64,000 nt of DNA from Candidatus Latescibacterota bacterium (GTDB lineage Bacteria > Latescibacterota > UBA2968 > GCA-2709665), in the NCBI GenBank assembly GCA_965219995.1, contig CBDCOX010000002.1, positions 512,001-576,000 on the forward strand, in the 5' to 3' direction. The notes beneath the pieces were generated by a model that worked only from the letters and a program-made list of their open reading frames with translations, had not been told where the DNA came from and searched no databases. This document shows positions 31,096-42,275 of the stretch, piece by piece. Made by a program: the position numbers and the translations under genes. Numbering within the stretch: position 1 is the stretch's first letter; each line of letters begins with the position of its first letter.

Positions 31096-32720
31096 AAGAG
31101 GACGTTTCGACGAACGACCGCGGACCATCCGATACGTCCAGCGGGAGGGCAGTGCTTCCTGTGAAGGCCTGTTTTCGACACTATGTCGCCCTTCGGAAGG
31201 AGATGGATGCCTGGCTCGCGCAGAGCCGTCGGATGGATCCGCCCGGGCGAAACCGCGGCGGCGAGGACGAGGCCAACTATGCGCTCGCCTGGTTCCCTCA
31301 CTATCTCGCGACGGGCGGTCCGGCAGTGAAGGAACATTTCGAGACCCTCCTGGAACAGCTTGCGGGCTGGGTCCGGCGGGAGTGTCTGCACGGATATGAG
31401 CCGGAGGCCGAGGCGCACCACGGCACCGAACCGTTTCTGCTTTTTCTCCCGCGCTATCTGGGTCTGTTTCCCGGGGACACGGTGGCGGCGGGTCTGCTTT
31501 CCGACGCGGCTGAACACATCGGGAACTGGGTGGAGGGGGTGCCGGCCTGGTTCGACTGGGACCGGAACCGGTTCTACGGGTACCACATCGGAACACGGAC
31601 CGTGGGGCGGGACCCGGAGCATGCGGTGGAACTGGCGGAGCACTTCCGGTTCATTCACATCGCCCTGGCCGCGTATCGTGTATCGAAACAGGATCGTTAT
31701 CTGGATTGGGCGTTGCGGTACGGCCGGCGTCGGGCCGAGATGATCGCGGCTGCGCCCGAAGGCCCGCTGCCATTGATGTGGGGTCCGGACGGCCAACCGC
31801 TTGGCGTCGACGGGCAAACCGGATCGCGGCGTCGGATGAGCGGCGCGAGCCACCATACATCGGGCGATCCGGCCAGGGGCGTGGAGGTGCTGCTCGCCTC
31901 CGGCGCGGTCAACGCGCTGGGAGATCTGTTTCGGCAGTCCGGTGAGCGGGTCTTTCGCGAAGCGGCCTTTCGGGTCGTCGAGCCGCTCGTCGACATGCTT
32001 CACGACCCCTATTGCGACCCCGGCGCCGCCGCGGTCTCCTTCTATCGCCGCGCTTTTGACGACGATGCCCTGGATCGCCGGATCCGGAGGGTGATCGGGC
32101 GGTTTCCGGACGAGGAACACGGCGAACTCGTGCTGATGGTGCCGGAGATTTCGAGGATGGTCCTTCCCGGCGTCGGGAAGCGGGCGGATATGCTGCACTG
32201 GGGCGTGCAGGCAGGCGGCATGGAACGGATCGTTCCAACGCGCGAGCCCTGCACGGCCGCGTTGACGCTGGCTTTCCAGATAACGGGCGACCTTTCGTAC
32301 GCATCGCGGGCGTTGAAGCAGGCGGCGCGGAAGTTGAGGGTGGCGCGGCGGGTGTTGCGGGGCGGACGGGAGCACGCGGACATGGGCGGAGCAGTGTGCT
32401 CCGTGGCCGCCGGCCATGGGCGGAACTGGGGTACCGGAGCGGTTACCGGATGCTACGGTCCCCTTTTGCTGGGAGCCTCGGAACGCCTGGGCGCGTTGAT
32501 GCCCGCGGTGGAGTTCCGCCGTTCCGACGGGGAACCCGGATTGCCGATGCAGGTGGTTTCCCTGGTCGTTCCGGCAGGCCCGTCGAAGGGAAGCGTCCGG
32601 ATCTACAACGGCGGCGACGAGGATACGGCAATGTCGTGGCGGGAGACCGGAGCGGCGTGGCAGGACGTCTCAATCCCGCCCGGCGGTGAAACGAGGGCGG
32701 TCCTGGAGGAGTTTGCCTGA
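31092..32720 (+). CDS. Hypothetical protein, possible alpha/alpha toroid enzyme
   Basis: Coupled to both neighbours; His/Glu-rich motifs (EAHHGTE, AEHFRF, EHADMG). Confidence 0.6.
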   Translation: MKEDVSTNDRGPSDTSSGRAVLPVKACFRHYVALRKEMDAWLAQSRRMDPPGRNRGGEDEANYALAWFPHYLATGGPAVKEHFETLLEQLAGWVRRECLHGYEPEAEAHHGTEPFLLFLPRYLGLFPGDTVAAGLLSDAAEHIGNWVEGVPAWFDWDRNRFYGYHIGTRTVGRDPEHAVELAEHFRFIHIALAAYRVSKQDRYLDWALRYGRRRAEMIAAAPEGPLPLMWGPDGQPLGVDGQTGSRRRMSGASHHTSGDPARGVEVLLASGAVNALGDLFRQSGERVFREAAFRVVEPLVDMLHDPYCDPGAAAVSFYRRAFDDDALDRRIRRVIGRFPDEEHGELVLMVPEISRMVLPGVGKRADMLHWGVQAGGMERIVPTREPCTAALTLAFQITGDLSYASRALKQAARKLRVARRVLRGGREHADMGGAVCSVAAGHGRNWGTGAVTGCYGPLLLGASERLGALMPAVEFRRSDGEPGLPMQVVSLVVPAGPSKGSVRIYNGGDEDTAMSWRETGAAWQDVSIPPGGETRAVLEEFA

Positions 32721-33700
32721 TGAGATACCGCTTGTTGGGACAGACCGGACTGATGGTTTCGGAGATCGGACTCGGCGCGTTTCCGATTTCGGGCATGCAG
32801 GCCCGGGCCGACGGCACCGCGTTCGGGTGGACGGGCACGAACGATGACGAGTCCGTGGCGCTGATCCATCGCTGCGAGGAACTCGGCATCAACCTGATCG
32901 ATTCCGCGGAGAGCTATGGCGAAGGTCACAGTGAGATACTCACCGGAAAAGCACTTCGAGGGCGGAGACACAAATGGGTCGTGGCCACTAAAGTCGGGCC
33001 GAACGCGGGTATCGATCCTGAAGCGCGGGATGAGTCAGCGGTCCGGCGTCGGCTTACAGAGGCGTGCGAGCTCAGCCTCAAGCGGTTGGGAATGGACCAC
33101 GTCGACGTCTATCAGCTGCATGCCGTACCGTACGAGTGGGCGATGCCGTCGGTCATGGACGCGCTGGCGAAGCTCCGGCAGGCCGGCAAGGTGCGGTGGT
33201 ACGGCATTTCGACCAATGATCGGAAGGCGGTCGAAAGGCTCCGGACGCTGGGGCCCGTACACATGCTGCAGGTGGGCTATAATCTCCTGGAACGAACGGC
33301 CGACAGCCTGCTGCGATGGGCGAAGGACGAGAACATCGGCACGTTGATTCGCGTGCCGCTGGCAAAGGGGCAACTGACAGGAAGGTATTTCGGCCCCGAA
33401 GCGCGATCGATCCCGGAAAACGACGTGCGGTACGAACGATTCAACAAACCCGAAACGGTTGACGGCCTGAAACGTCTTCCGCAGTTGCTGTTCCTGCGGA
33501 ACCGGTCGCGAACCATGGCCCAGGCGGCGCTGCGTTTCGTACTGGACCACCCGGGCGTGTCGTGCGTGATCGCCGGGGCCAGGAACCGCCGGCAGGTGGA
33601 GGAGAACGCCCGTACCGTGGAAATGCCGCCCCTGACCGATGCGGAGCTCGAACGGGCGATCCCGGTCGCGGATACCATCGGCACGCCGGGGTGGATTTAG
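32720..33700 (+). CDS. Aldo/keto reductase
   Basis: IDSAESYG, VATK, DVYQLH, PLAKG, ALRFVL. Confidence 0.92.
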   Translation: MRYRLLGQTGLMVSEIGLGAFPISGMQARADGTAFGWTGTNDDESVALIHRCEELGINLIDSAESYGEGHSEILTGKALRGRRHKWVVATKVGPNAGIDPEARDESAVRRRLTEACELSLKRLGMDHVDVYQLHAVPYEWAMPSVMDALAKLRQAGKVRWYGISTNDRKAVERLRTLGPVHMLQVGYNLLERTADSLLRWAKDENIGTLIRVPLAKGQLTGRYFGPEARSIPENDVRYERFNKPETVDGLKRLPQLLFLRNRSRTMAQAALRFVLDHPGVSCVIAGARNRRQVEENARTVEMPPLTDAELERAIPVADTIGTPGWI

Positions 33701-33713
33701 TCCGAGGTTGCTT

Positions 33714-34976
33714 ATGTCGTCTGCGGTTCGAATTGGCATTGTGGGTTGCGGACGGATTCTGAACGCGCATCTGCGCGGGTTCCGAATCCTTCAGGAGAAG
33801 GGATTGGGGGATCTCTTCAGGGTAACGGCGCTTTGCGCGAGACGGACCGAGGATGCCCTCCGGTTTCGAACGCGGGGCGAAGGGCCGGGACCCAGACCGG
33901 CGCCAGTGGAGGCGCCGGGCGACCCCTTGAATGCCCCCCACTCCTACATCAGCGATCTGCATCCTGGCCTGGAAACGGCGATTTACACCGACTATCGCGA
34001 GATGCTGGAAAGCGGTCCGGTCGACGCGGTGTGCGTCCTGACGGGGCACGATACGCATCACACGATCGCCATCGACGCCATGTGTGCCGGCAGACACGTG
34101 ACGGTGGAAAAGCCGATGGCGATTTCGGTAAGGGCCGCGCAGAGGATGTGCGAGGTGGCATCGGAAACGGACACGGTGCTAAGTGTCGCGGAGAACGTGA
34201 ATTTCACCCCGGCTGTACGGGCGAACCGCTGGGCCGTAAGACGGGGCCTGATCGGCGACGTGCAGATGGTCTACCGCGGCGCGATCGGGTTCCGTTCTCA
34301 CCGCCCGGACCTGGTGGCCGCGCGAACCCGCTGGAGGCAATCGCAACTGGGCGCGGGCGGCGGCGTGTCCATCGATCTGGGGGTGCATCTTTTCAACGGC
34401 GTTCGGACGACTTGCGGACCGGTGCAGTCGGTGCAGGCCCTGTGGCGGATTCTGGAGCCCGTAAGGGTGCTGATGTCGGACGACGACCGCAACGTCGCGG
34501 ATGAAGTCGAAAACCAGGTGGACGACGTGTTTTTTTCCAATTTCAGGCTCGCGAACGGCGCCATCGGGCATATGGCGGTGGCCAGAAGCGCCAGGGGAAC
34601 GCAGATCGGGGTGCCGGGAGGAACGAATGTATTCGGGAGCGAGGGGGCGTTGTCCGACGGAAAGGTGTTCAGCGGGGATGGGGAAGCGGAAGACGTTCTG
34701 GAGCGATTTGGGCGGGAGGCCCCGGAACGGGACCGGGAAGAAACGATGCCCGTGGGGATCACGGATGCGTTCGCGCTGGAGAACCTGGACTGGCTGCGTG
34801 CGATACGCGACGGATCGCCGGCGCGGATGTCCGGGGAGGAGGGGACGATCGACCTGGCACTGAGCTACGCCATCCTGGAGTCGGGGATGCTGGGCCGAGA
34901 AGTGACGCTGGACGAGATGTTGACCGGAGAGGTGGACGGCTACCAGAAGCCGATCAACGCACGCTACGGGTTGTAA
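33714..34976 (+). CDS. Gfo/Idh/MocA-family oxidoreductase
   Basis: IGIVGCG, VEKPMA, AEN, DLGVH. Confidence 0.88.
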   Translation: MSSAVRIGIVGCGRILNAHLRGFRILQEKGLGDLFRVTALCARRTEDALRFRTRGEGPGPRPAPVEAPGDPLNAPHSYISDLHPGLETAIYTDYREMLESGPVDAVCVLTGHDTHHTIAIDAMCAGRHVTVEKPMAISVRAAQRMCEVASETDTVLSVAENVNFTPAVRANRWAVRRGLIGDVQMVYRGAIGFRSHRPDLVAARTRWRQSQLGAGGGVSIDLGVHLFNGVRTTCGPVQSVQALWRILEPVRVLMSDDDRNVADEVENQVDDVFFSNFRLANGAIGHMAVARSARGTQIGVPGGTNVFGSEGALSDGKVFSGDGEAEDVLERFGREAPERDREETMPVGITDAFALENLDWLRAIRDGSPARMSGEEGTIDLALSYAILESGMLGREVTLDEMLTGEVDGYQKPINARYGL

Positions 34977-35048
34977 CGTCCAGGCGGGAATTCCGCTCCT
35001 GCCGCAGCCCACCTGCCAGGGAGCGGGTGGGTTTCCTGTTGGGATGGA

Positions 35049-35627
35049 TCAGCGTTTTTCGATGACGATGTTGCGGAACCAGATCCGGCTGTTGTGGTCC
35101 TGAAGGCCGATGTACCCGGCTTCGGTCATTTCGCAATACGCGCGGTTGAACTTGTTGGGCGTGCCGTCCGGGTTCCGGCCCGGAGTGGTCCAACCGCTCA
35201 GGTCCATTTCGGTGACTTGCTCGCCGTTCAGGGCAACCCGGATGTCGTTGTCCACGGCGTATATTTCCATTTGGTTCCATTCGCCCGCGGGTTTGCAGGC
35301 GTTGTGCGTGGGGGCCTGTACATCGTACACCGCGCCGCAGCATTTTGTGGTGGCGGGTTCCCGTCCGTGTGTATCCAGGATCTGGATTTCAATGCCGGTC
35401 TGCACGGGGTCGTCCAGATCCGTCCATCGGAAGAACACGCCGCTGTTGGCCCCGGGCGGGTGTCTGAACTCCAGCGATAGCTCGAAATCCCTGAACAGGT
35501 CGTTGGTGTAATAGAGGTATTGTCCTTTATCGGCGGTGCAGTAAATGCACCCTTGATCTACGGTCCAACCGTCGGGATTGCCGGTGGCTGCCCAGCCGTT
35601 GAGGGTTGTTCCGTCGAATCGTTGCAT
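35049..35627 (-). CDS. DUF1080 (3-keto-disaccharide hydrolase-like) protein
   Basis: FDGTTLNGW, NSGVF, EIQILD, GEWN, GYIGLQDH, FRNI. Confidence 0.9.
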   Translation of the reverse strand: MQRFDGTTLNGWAATGNPDGWTVDQGCIYCTADKGQYLYYTNDLFRDFELSLEFRHPPGANSGVFFRWTDLDDPVQTGIEIQILDTHGREPATTKCCGAVYDVQAPTHNACKPAGEWNQMEIYAVDNDIRVALNGEQVTEMDLSGWTTPGRNPDGTPNKFNRAYCEMTEAGYIGLQDHNSRIWFRNIVIEKR

Positions 35628-35784
35628 GGATCGTCCTTTCTGAGAAACGGAAGCGGAGATTTTGCACCGGAGCGAGCGAGGTTCCGGCAGCATTGCCCGC
35701 GGGATCAAGGAACCATTACGTGGCAATATCTGTCAAATCGGGTGAAAAATAAAGTGAAAGTCACACGCTTCGGGAGGGAATCTC

Positions 35785-37086
35785 ATGGTCTGGCAATTCA
35801 CGCGCGTGATATGTTTCCTGGTGCTCTTTCCGCTCGGTGTTTACGCCGATAACTGGCCGGAGTGGCGCGGGCCGCGGCAGAATGGGGTGAGTTCCGCCCG
35901 GAATCTCCCCACGTCATGGAGCCTTGAAGAGAATATCGTCTGGAAGGTCGAATTGCCTTCGTGGAGCGGCAGCACACCCGTGATATGGGAAGACCGCATC
36001 TTCCTGACGTCTCCGTCTCCCGCCCAAAAGCCGGAGGAACGGGAACCGGGCGGGCCCGAGATATACATCCTGTGTCTTTCGAGGAAAGACGGCAGTGTGC
36101 AATGGCGGCACAAACTGGGCGACGGCAATGTATTGTGGCGCAAACACAACAGCACGTCCCCCTCGCCGGTTACCGATGGCGCGCACGTGTGGGTCGTCAC
36201 CGGCAACGGGGTCGTGACGTGCCTCAATATGAGCGGAAAGCCCATCTGGACGCGCGATATTCAAAAGGACTACGGAGATTTCGGTCTGAATTTCGGGTAT
36301 GCGTCGTCGCCGATCCTGGTTGACGGCAAGCTCGTCCTGCAGGTGCTCCACGGATCGTATACGGACGATTCCTCGTATATCGTCGCGATGGACGCCGCGA
36401 ACGGACGGGAAGTCTGGCGCGAAGTGCGCGCGACCGATGCGGTGCGGGAGTCTCCCGATTCGTACACGACCCCCGCGCTGCTGGAGCACGACGGCAGGAC
36501 GCAGATTGTCATTACGGGCGGGGATTGCGTGACGGGGCACGATCCGTCGACGGGACGTGAAGTCTGGCGGGCATACGGGTTGAATCCGGAGCGCAGGGGC
36601 AACTATCGCATCGTGGCGTCGCCCGTGGTCGTCGGCAACATGATATATGCGCCGACCCGGCGGCGTCCCCTGCTGGCCCTGGCGGCCGGCGGGACCGGAG
36701 ACGTCTCCCGGAACGTGAGGTGGAGGTGGGAGGGCGCCGGCGCACCCGATGTGCCCACGCCGGTCTGTGACGGAAAGTACTTTTACATGGTGGACGATCG
36801 CGGTCTGGCGACCTGCCTCGACGCGAAGACCGGCGCCGTCGTATGGGGTCCTGAACGGACGGCACAGGGTGTCGTGAGCGCGTCGCCTCATCTCGCAGAC
36901 GGCAAGCTGTTTCTCCTGAATGAATACGCCGTGACGACCGTGCTGGCCGCCGGCCCCGAGTTCAAGGTCCTGGCGACCAATGAACTGGACGATACGTACA
37001 CGCTTTCATCGCCGGTGTCCGCCGGATCCCGGCTCTTTGTACGGACGGCGACGCATTTGTATTGTATCGGGCATAAAACCGAGTAA
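35785..37086 (+). CDS. Secreted PQQ-binding-like beta-propeller protein
   Basis: Signal peptide; NWPEWRGP; repeated G..W and SP motifs. Confidence 0.88.
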   Translation: MVWQFTRVICFLVLFPLGVYADNWPEWRGPRQNGVSSARNLPTSWSLEENIVWKVELPSWSGSTPVIWEDRIFLTSPSPAQKPEEREPGGPEIYILCLSRKDGSVQWRHKLGDGNVLWRKHNSTSPSPVTDGAHVWVVTGNGVVTCLNMSGKPIWTRDIQKDYGDFGLNFGYASSPILVDGKLVLQVLHGSYTDDSSYIVAMDAANGREVWREVRATDAVRESPDSYTTPALLEHDGRTQIVITGGDCVTGHDPSTGREVWRAYGLNPERRGNYRIVASPVVVGNMIYAPTRRRPLLALAAGGTGDVSRNVRWRWEGAGAPDVPTPVCDGKYFYMVDDRGLATCLDAKTGAVVWGPERTAQGVVSASPHLADGKLFLLNEYAVTTVLAAGPEFKVLATNELDDTYTLSSPVSAGSRLFVRTATHLYCIGHKTE

Positions 37087-37268
37087 GGACGGGTCATTGT
37101 TGCGAATCCGGATAGGCGTTGACACGGTGATGCAGAATGATATATTGATGCCGTTTGCGACGTGCCGTCCCGGTAACGGGTTGCCTGCATCGTCGGTAGA
37201 TCGGCGGGGTATGTTCGGGACAGGGCGTCGATGCGGATTCGAATACGGAATTGTACAAGGGGGAATCA

Positions 37269-38432
37269 ATGAAACTGAATATCGGCCTTCTGGGGTATTC
37301 GTTCATGGGCAAGGCGCACAGCAACGCGTTCCGGAAGGTCCCGATGTTTTTCCCGGATACGGGCGTCGAGCCGGTGATGAAGGTGATTTGCGGTTCCAAC
37401 CGGGAGAACGTAGCTGAAGCGGCGCGCACGTTCGGCTGGGAGGAGTACCATACGAACTGGGAGGACGTGGTCGCCCGCGACGACATCGACGTGATCGATA
37501 TCTGTACGCCCGGAAACCTGCATATGCCGATGGCGATCGCCGCCCTGGAGGCCGGGAAGCACGTGATCTGCGAGAAGCCGCTTGCGAATAACCTGGACGA
37601 GGCCACGGCCATGCTGCGGGCCGCCGGGAACTCCCGCGGGAAGACCATGGTCGCGTACAACTACCGGCGCGTGCCGGCCGTGGCCCTCGCGAGACGGTTG
37701 ATCGAGGAGGGGAGAATCGGACAGATCTACCACTGGCGGGCGGTGTACCTGCAGGACTGGATCATCGATCCCGACTTCCCGATGGTGTGGCGATTCGAGA
37801 AGGACAAGGCGGGTTCAGGGCCGCACGGAGACCTCAATGCGCATATCGTCGATCTGGCGCTGCATCTGGTGGGAGATATCGATTCGGTCGTCGGGGCCGA
37901 CACCACGTTTATCAGGAAACGCCCGCTGGCGGAGTCCATCGATGCCTCGCTGGGCGCCACGGGAAGCACGTCCGAACGCATGGGAACCGTAACCGTGGAC
38001 GATGCAACCCTGTTCCTGGCGCGATTCCGGAACGGTGCGCTGGGTTCGTTCGAAGCCACCCGGTTTGCAGCCGGCAGGCGCAACCACAACCGGTTTGAAA
38101 TCAACGGAAGCAAGGGCAGCCTGGCGTTCAACCTGGAAAAGATGAACGAGCTGCAGTTCTATTCCCGGGAGGACGAGGGGCATATTCAGGGATTCCGTGA
38201 AATCATCGTGAACGAAGGCGAGCATCCGTACCTATCGGCCTGGTGGCCGCCGGGCCATATCATCGGGTGGGAACATACGTTTGTACATGAGGTCAAGGAC
38301 TTCTTCGAAGCGATCGCAAACGACCGGGAGGCGTCGCCGAATTTCAGGGAAGGCGCAAGGGTCCAGGCCGTACTGGAAGCGGCGAGCGATTCGGCGCGGT
38401 CTGACCGGTGGCGGGGCGTCCCGGACGTGTAA
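37269..38432 (+). CDS. Gfo/Idh/MocA oxidoreductase (levoglucosan dehydrogenase-like)
   Basis: [33 protein letters not shown]. Confidence 0.9.
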   Translation: MKLNIGLLGYSFMGKAHSNAFRKVPMFFPDTGVEPVMKVICGSNRENVAEAARTFGWEEYHTNWEDVVARDDIDVIDICTPGNLHMPMAIAALEAGKHVICEKPLANNLDEATAMLRAAGNSRGKTMVAYNYRRVPAVALARRLIEEGRIGQIYHWRAVYLQDWIIDPDFPMVWRFEKDKAGSGPHGDLNAHIVDLALHLVGDIDSVVGADTTFIRKRPLAESIDASLGATGSTSERMGTVTVDDATLFLARFRNGALGSFEATRFAAGRRNHNRFEINGSKGSLAFNLEKMNELQFYSREDEGHIQGFREIIVNEGEHPYLSAWWPPGHIIGWEHTFVHEVKDFFEAIANDREASPNFREGARVQAVLEAASDSARSDRWRGVPDV

Positions 38433-38500
38433 CCTGTTCCGTCCGCCTGAACGGTTTACATCGCAGGCGGGGCCGGGAGCATCTGGAAGGAGTTTCGGTT

Positions 38501-39499
38501 ATGGCAAGACCCTGTACTTTGTTTACCGGTCAGTGGGCGGATCTCCCCCTGGAGGTGATGGCGGAGAAAGCGGCCGAATTCGGATACGACGGTCTGGAGC
38601 TTGCCTGCTGGGGAGACCATCTCGATGTTCGCGAGGCGGCCTCCAGCGACGGATATTGCCGAGGCCGGCACGAGATCCTGGAAAAGCACGGGCTGAAGTT
38701 CTGGGCGATCAGCAATCATCTCAGCGGGCAGGCGGTCTGCGACAATATCGACGAACGTCACCAGGCGATTCTGCCGCCGCACGTGTGGGGGAACGGGAAT
38801 CCGGACGACGTGAAACGCCGCGCGGCCGAGGACATGATGACATCGGCCGAGGCAGCGAGGGCGCTGGGCGTGCGCGTGGTCAACGGGTTCACCGGGTCGT
38901 CCATCTGGCATTTGCTTTATTCGTTCCCTCCGGAATCTCCCGATGCGATCGATGCGGGATTCAGGGATTTCGCGGATCGATGGAATCCCATTCTCGACGC
39001 ATTCGAAAAGAACGACGTGCGGTTCGCCCTTGAGGTGCATCCAACGGAAATCGCGTTCGATGTCTCGTCCGCCGCGCGGGCGGTGCAGGCGCTGGGGGGA
39101 AGAAGCGAGTTCGGATTCAACTACGATCCCAGCCATCTGGTCTATCAGAACGTGGATTACGTGGCGTTCATTCGGGAATTCAGTGATCGCATCTACCACG
39201 TACATATGAAAGACGCGTATCTGTCGCCGCTGCCCACGCGAGCGGGAGTCTTCGGCGGACACACCGAGTTCGGCGACCCCGATCGCTCCTGGGATTTCCG
39301 ATCCCTGGGCCGCGGCAGCGTGGACTTTGAGGAAGTCATTCGCGCGTTGAACGACATTGGCTACGGCGGCCCCCTGTCCGTGGAGTGGGAAGATTCCGGA
39401 ATGGACCGGGAACACGGGGCCGCGGAGGCTTGCGCCTTTGTAAACAGCGTGGATTTCGAACCGTCGGCCGTGGCATTCGACGCGGCTTTTGCCGAATAG
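38501..39499 (+). CDS. Sugar phosphate isomerase/epimerase TIM barrel
   Basis: [33 protein letters not shown]. Confidence 0.9.
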   Translation: MARPCTLFTGQWADLPLEVMAEKAAEFGYDGLELACWGDHLDVREAASSDGYCRGRHEILEKHGLKFWAISNHLSGQAVCDNIDERHQAILPPHVWGNGNPDDVKRRAAEDMMTSAEAARALGVRVVNGFTGSSIWHLLYSFPPESPDAIDAGFRDFADRWNPILDAFEKNDVRFALEVHPTEIAFDVSSAARAVQALGGRSEFGFNYDPSHLVYQNVDYVAFIREFSDRIYHVHMKDAYLSPLPTRAGVFGGHTEFGDPDRSWDFRSLGRGSVDFEEVIRALNDIGYGGPLSVEWEDSGMDREHGAAEACAFVNSVDFEPSAVAFDAAFAE

Positions 39500-39637
39500 G
39501 TACCGGACGTTTCCCACACGGTTACCGTGCCGGAAGCGGATCGCCGGACGGCGGCGGGTTTCCGGCACGTGACGCTGGCGGTCAGCAGGGCGTTGCCATA
39601 CGGCCCGCCGGCCGCTTTTTGGTACGGAGATTTTTGT

Positions 39638-41200
39638 ATGCGTATGCTTGTCGTTCTTCTGTTTCTGTTATCGACCGTGATCGCCTGCGTTGAAGAACGC
39701 CCCCGGACCCTCGTATTCGGAAGGGGCGGTGATACCGTGGGTCTGGATCCCGCGCTCGAGACCGACGGCGAATCATTCAAGGTATGCGACAACATATACG
39801 ATAACCTCGTCACCTTCCGGCCGGGGAATACCGAACTTGCGCCGGGTCTCGCGGAAGCGTGGACGGTTTCGGAAGACCTCAAGACGTGGACGTTTCGACT
39901 CAGGAAGAACGTGCGGTTCCACGACGGTACCCCGTTCAACGCTGACGCGGTGGTTTTTTCGCTCGCCCGACAGTACAGACCCGACCATCCGTTTCATCGT
40001 GTGGAAGGCGCATATCAGTATTGGAACAGCATGTCGATGAGCGACATTGTCAGTGACGTAAAGAGGGTGGACGACCACACGGTCGCCATTGAGCTGACCC
40101 GTCCGAATGCGCCGTTTCTGTCGAATCTCGCGATGAATTTCTGTGGCATCGTAAGTCCCTCCGCTGTACGGAAACACGGCGTAGACTTTCCCCGGCACCC
40201 CGTGGGTACGGGTCCGTTCCGGTTCGTTCAATGGATAAAGGACGACCGCGTGGTGCTGGAGCGATTTCCCGACTACTGGGGCGACGCGCCGCAGATCGAC
40301 CGGTTGATTTTCAGAAGCATTCCGGAGAATTCCGTGCGACTGATTGCCCTCATCCAGGGTTCGATCGACGGAATGGATCACCTCGTGCCCGATTTTATCC
40401 CGAATATCGAAGGACATCCGGAGCTTCGGCTTCTGACCCAGCCGGGAATGAACGTGGGGTACCTGGCAATGAACATGGACCGAGCGCCGTTCCATCTCAT
40501 CAAGGTGCGGCGTGCGGTGAATCACGCCATCAACAAGCAGGCGCTGGTGGATAATCTGTACCAGGGTCTGGCGCTTCCCGCGGTGAATCCGATTCCGCCG
40601 TCGATGTGGAGCTATCACGAAGGCATCGACGGCTACGCATACGATCCCGAACGGGCGCGGGAACTGCTGGAAGAAGCCGGCTACGCGGACGGATTCAAGA
40701 CGACGCTGTGGGCCATGCCCGTGCCGCGCCCTTATATGCCGCAGCCCAGGAAAATAGCCCAGGCCATCCAGGCCGACCTGCAGGCGGTGGGTATAGAAGC
40801 GGAAATCGTGAGTTACGAATGGGGAACCTATCTGGACAAGGTTTCGCGAGGTCAGCATGATATGGCGCTTCTGGGCTGGACGGGAGACAACGGCGACCCG
40901 GACAACTTTCTGTACGTCCTTCTGGACAAGAGCGCCACGCGGCATCCCGCCAATAACATCGCTTTCTACCGCAGCGACGAACTGCACGACGTGCTGGTGC
41001 AGGCGCAAAGGGAAGTCGACGTCGACGTCAGGACCGGGCTTTACCGGAAGGCGCAGGAGATCGTATTCCACGATGCGCCCTGGGCGCCCCTCGTGCACGC
41101 GGCCCAGACCGCCGCATTCAAGAAGACGGTGACCGGATTCACCCTGCATCCCACCGGAAGCAAGTGGTTCCAGCACGTTCGTATCGAGCAGGCGGACTGA
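39638..41200 (+). CDS. dppA: Peptide/nickel ABC transporter substrate-binding protein
   Basis: FHDGTPFNADAV, PVGTGPF, RPYMP, GWTGDNGDPDNF. Confidence 0.9.
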   Translation: MRMLVVLLFLLSTVIACVEERPRTLVFGRGGDTVGLDPALETDGESFKVCDNIYDNLVTFRPGNTELAPGLAEAWTVSEDLKTWTFRLRKNVRFHDGTPFNADAVVFSLARQYRPDHPFHRVEGAYQYWNSMSMSDIVSDVKRVDDHTVAIELTRPNAPFLSNLAMNFCGIVSPSAVRKHGVDFPRHPVGTGPFRFVQWIKDDRVVLERFPDYWGDAPQIDRLIFRSIPENSVRLIALIQGSIDGMDHLVPDFIPNIEGHPELRLLTQPGMNVGYLAMNMDRAPFHLIKVRRAVNHAINKQALVDNLYQGLALPAVNPIPPSMWSYHEGIDGYAYDPERARELLEEAGYADGFKTTLWAMPVPRPYMPQPRKIAQAIQADLQAVGIEAEIVSYEWGTYLDKVSRGQHDMALLGWTGDNGDPDNFLYVLLDKSATRHPANNIAFYRSDELHDVLVQAQREVDVDVRTGLYRKAQEIVFHDAPWAPLVHAAQTAAFKKTVTGFTLHPTGSKWFQHVRIEQAD

Positions 41201-41261
41201 AGGCGACGCCGGAAGCCGCGGAATTCGGCACGATCCTGAACACCTCGAGGCGACGCGCGCC

Positions 41262-42275
41262 ATGGGCGTCTACATCCTGAAACGGCTGCTTCTGCTGGTC
41301 CCCATGCTGCTGGGCATTGTGGCCCTGGTGTTTCTGATGATCCATTTCGTTCCAGGGGATCCGGCGCAGGTGATGCTGGGAGAACGCGCGAGCGCCGAAC
41401 AGGTGGCGGAACTGCGAAAGCAGTTGGGGCTTGACAGGGACCTGCATGTCCAGCTGGGTCTGTACCTGGCGGGATTGCTGCAGGGCGACCTGGGCCGTTC
41501 CTTCAAGTCCCATGCGAAAGTTTCCTCCGAGTTGCTGGCCAGGTTTCCCGCGACGCTCGAACTCACGTTGACGAGCATGCTGCTTGCCTGCGGCTTCGGG
41601 ATACTCGCCGGCGTGGTCTCGGCGTCACGAAAGGGGTCCGTCATGGATTATCTCAGCATGACGGCTTCCCTGGCGGGCCTCTCAATGCCGATTTTCTGGC
41701 TTGGACTGATGGTCATTCTGTTGATGTCGGTCTTTCTGGGGCTGTTTCCGGTTTCCGGACGGCTCAGTACCCACCTGTTCATTCCGGAGGTGACCGGGCT
41801 CTACATGATTGACAGCCTGCTGGCGTGGGACTGGCCGGCTTTCGGCGACGCGGCGTGGCATCTCGTGTTGCCCGGGCTTACGCTGGGCACCGTGCCAATG
41901 GCCGTCATTGCGCGGATGACGCGGTCCAGCCTTCTCGACGTGCTCAAAGAAGACTATGTGCGCACGGCGTGGGCGAAGGGACTCCCGGAACGAATCGTCA
42001 TTTTCCGGCACGCGCTCAAGAACGCGTTCATTCCTGTGCTGACCGTCATCAGCCTGCAGTTCGGATTCCTGCTCGGTGGAGCGGTCATCACGGAGACGAT
42101 TTTCGCCTGGCCGGGCGTGGGGCGCTGGCTGCTGCTCGCGGTATATTCGAGGGACTTCAGGGCCGTGCAGGGCGGGGTTCTGCTGGTTGCGCTGACCTTT
42201 GCCCTGATCAATCTCGTTGCGGACGTGATGTACGCGTGGCTGGACCCGCGGATCCGACAGCGGAGAGGAACATGA
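41262..42275 (+). CDS. dppB: Peptide ABC transporter permease
   Basis: PGDPA, FPATLEL, EDYVRTAWAKG, LDPRIR. Confidence 0.92.
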   Translation: MGVYILKRLLLLVPMLLGIVALVFLMIHFVPGDPAQVMLGERASAEQVAELRKQLGLDRDLHVQLGLYLAGLLQGDLGRSFKSHAKVSSELLARFPATLELTLTSMLLACGFGILAGVVSASRKGSVMDYLSMTASLAGLSMPIFWLGLMVILLMSVFLGLFPVSGRLSTHLFIPEVTGLYMIDSLLAWDWPAFGDAAWHLVLPGLTLGTVPMAVIARMTRSSLLDVLKEDYVRTAWAKGLPERIVIFRHALKNAFIPVLTVISLQFGFLLGGAVITETIFAWPGVGRWLLLAVYSRDFRAVQGGVLLVALTFALINLVADVMYAWLDPRIRQRRGT

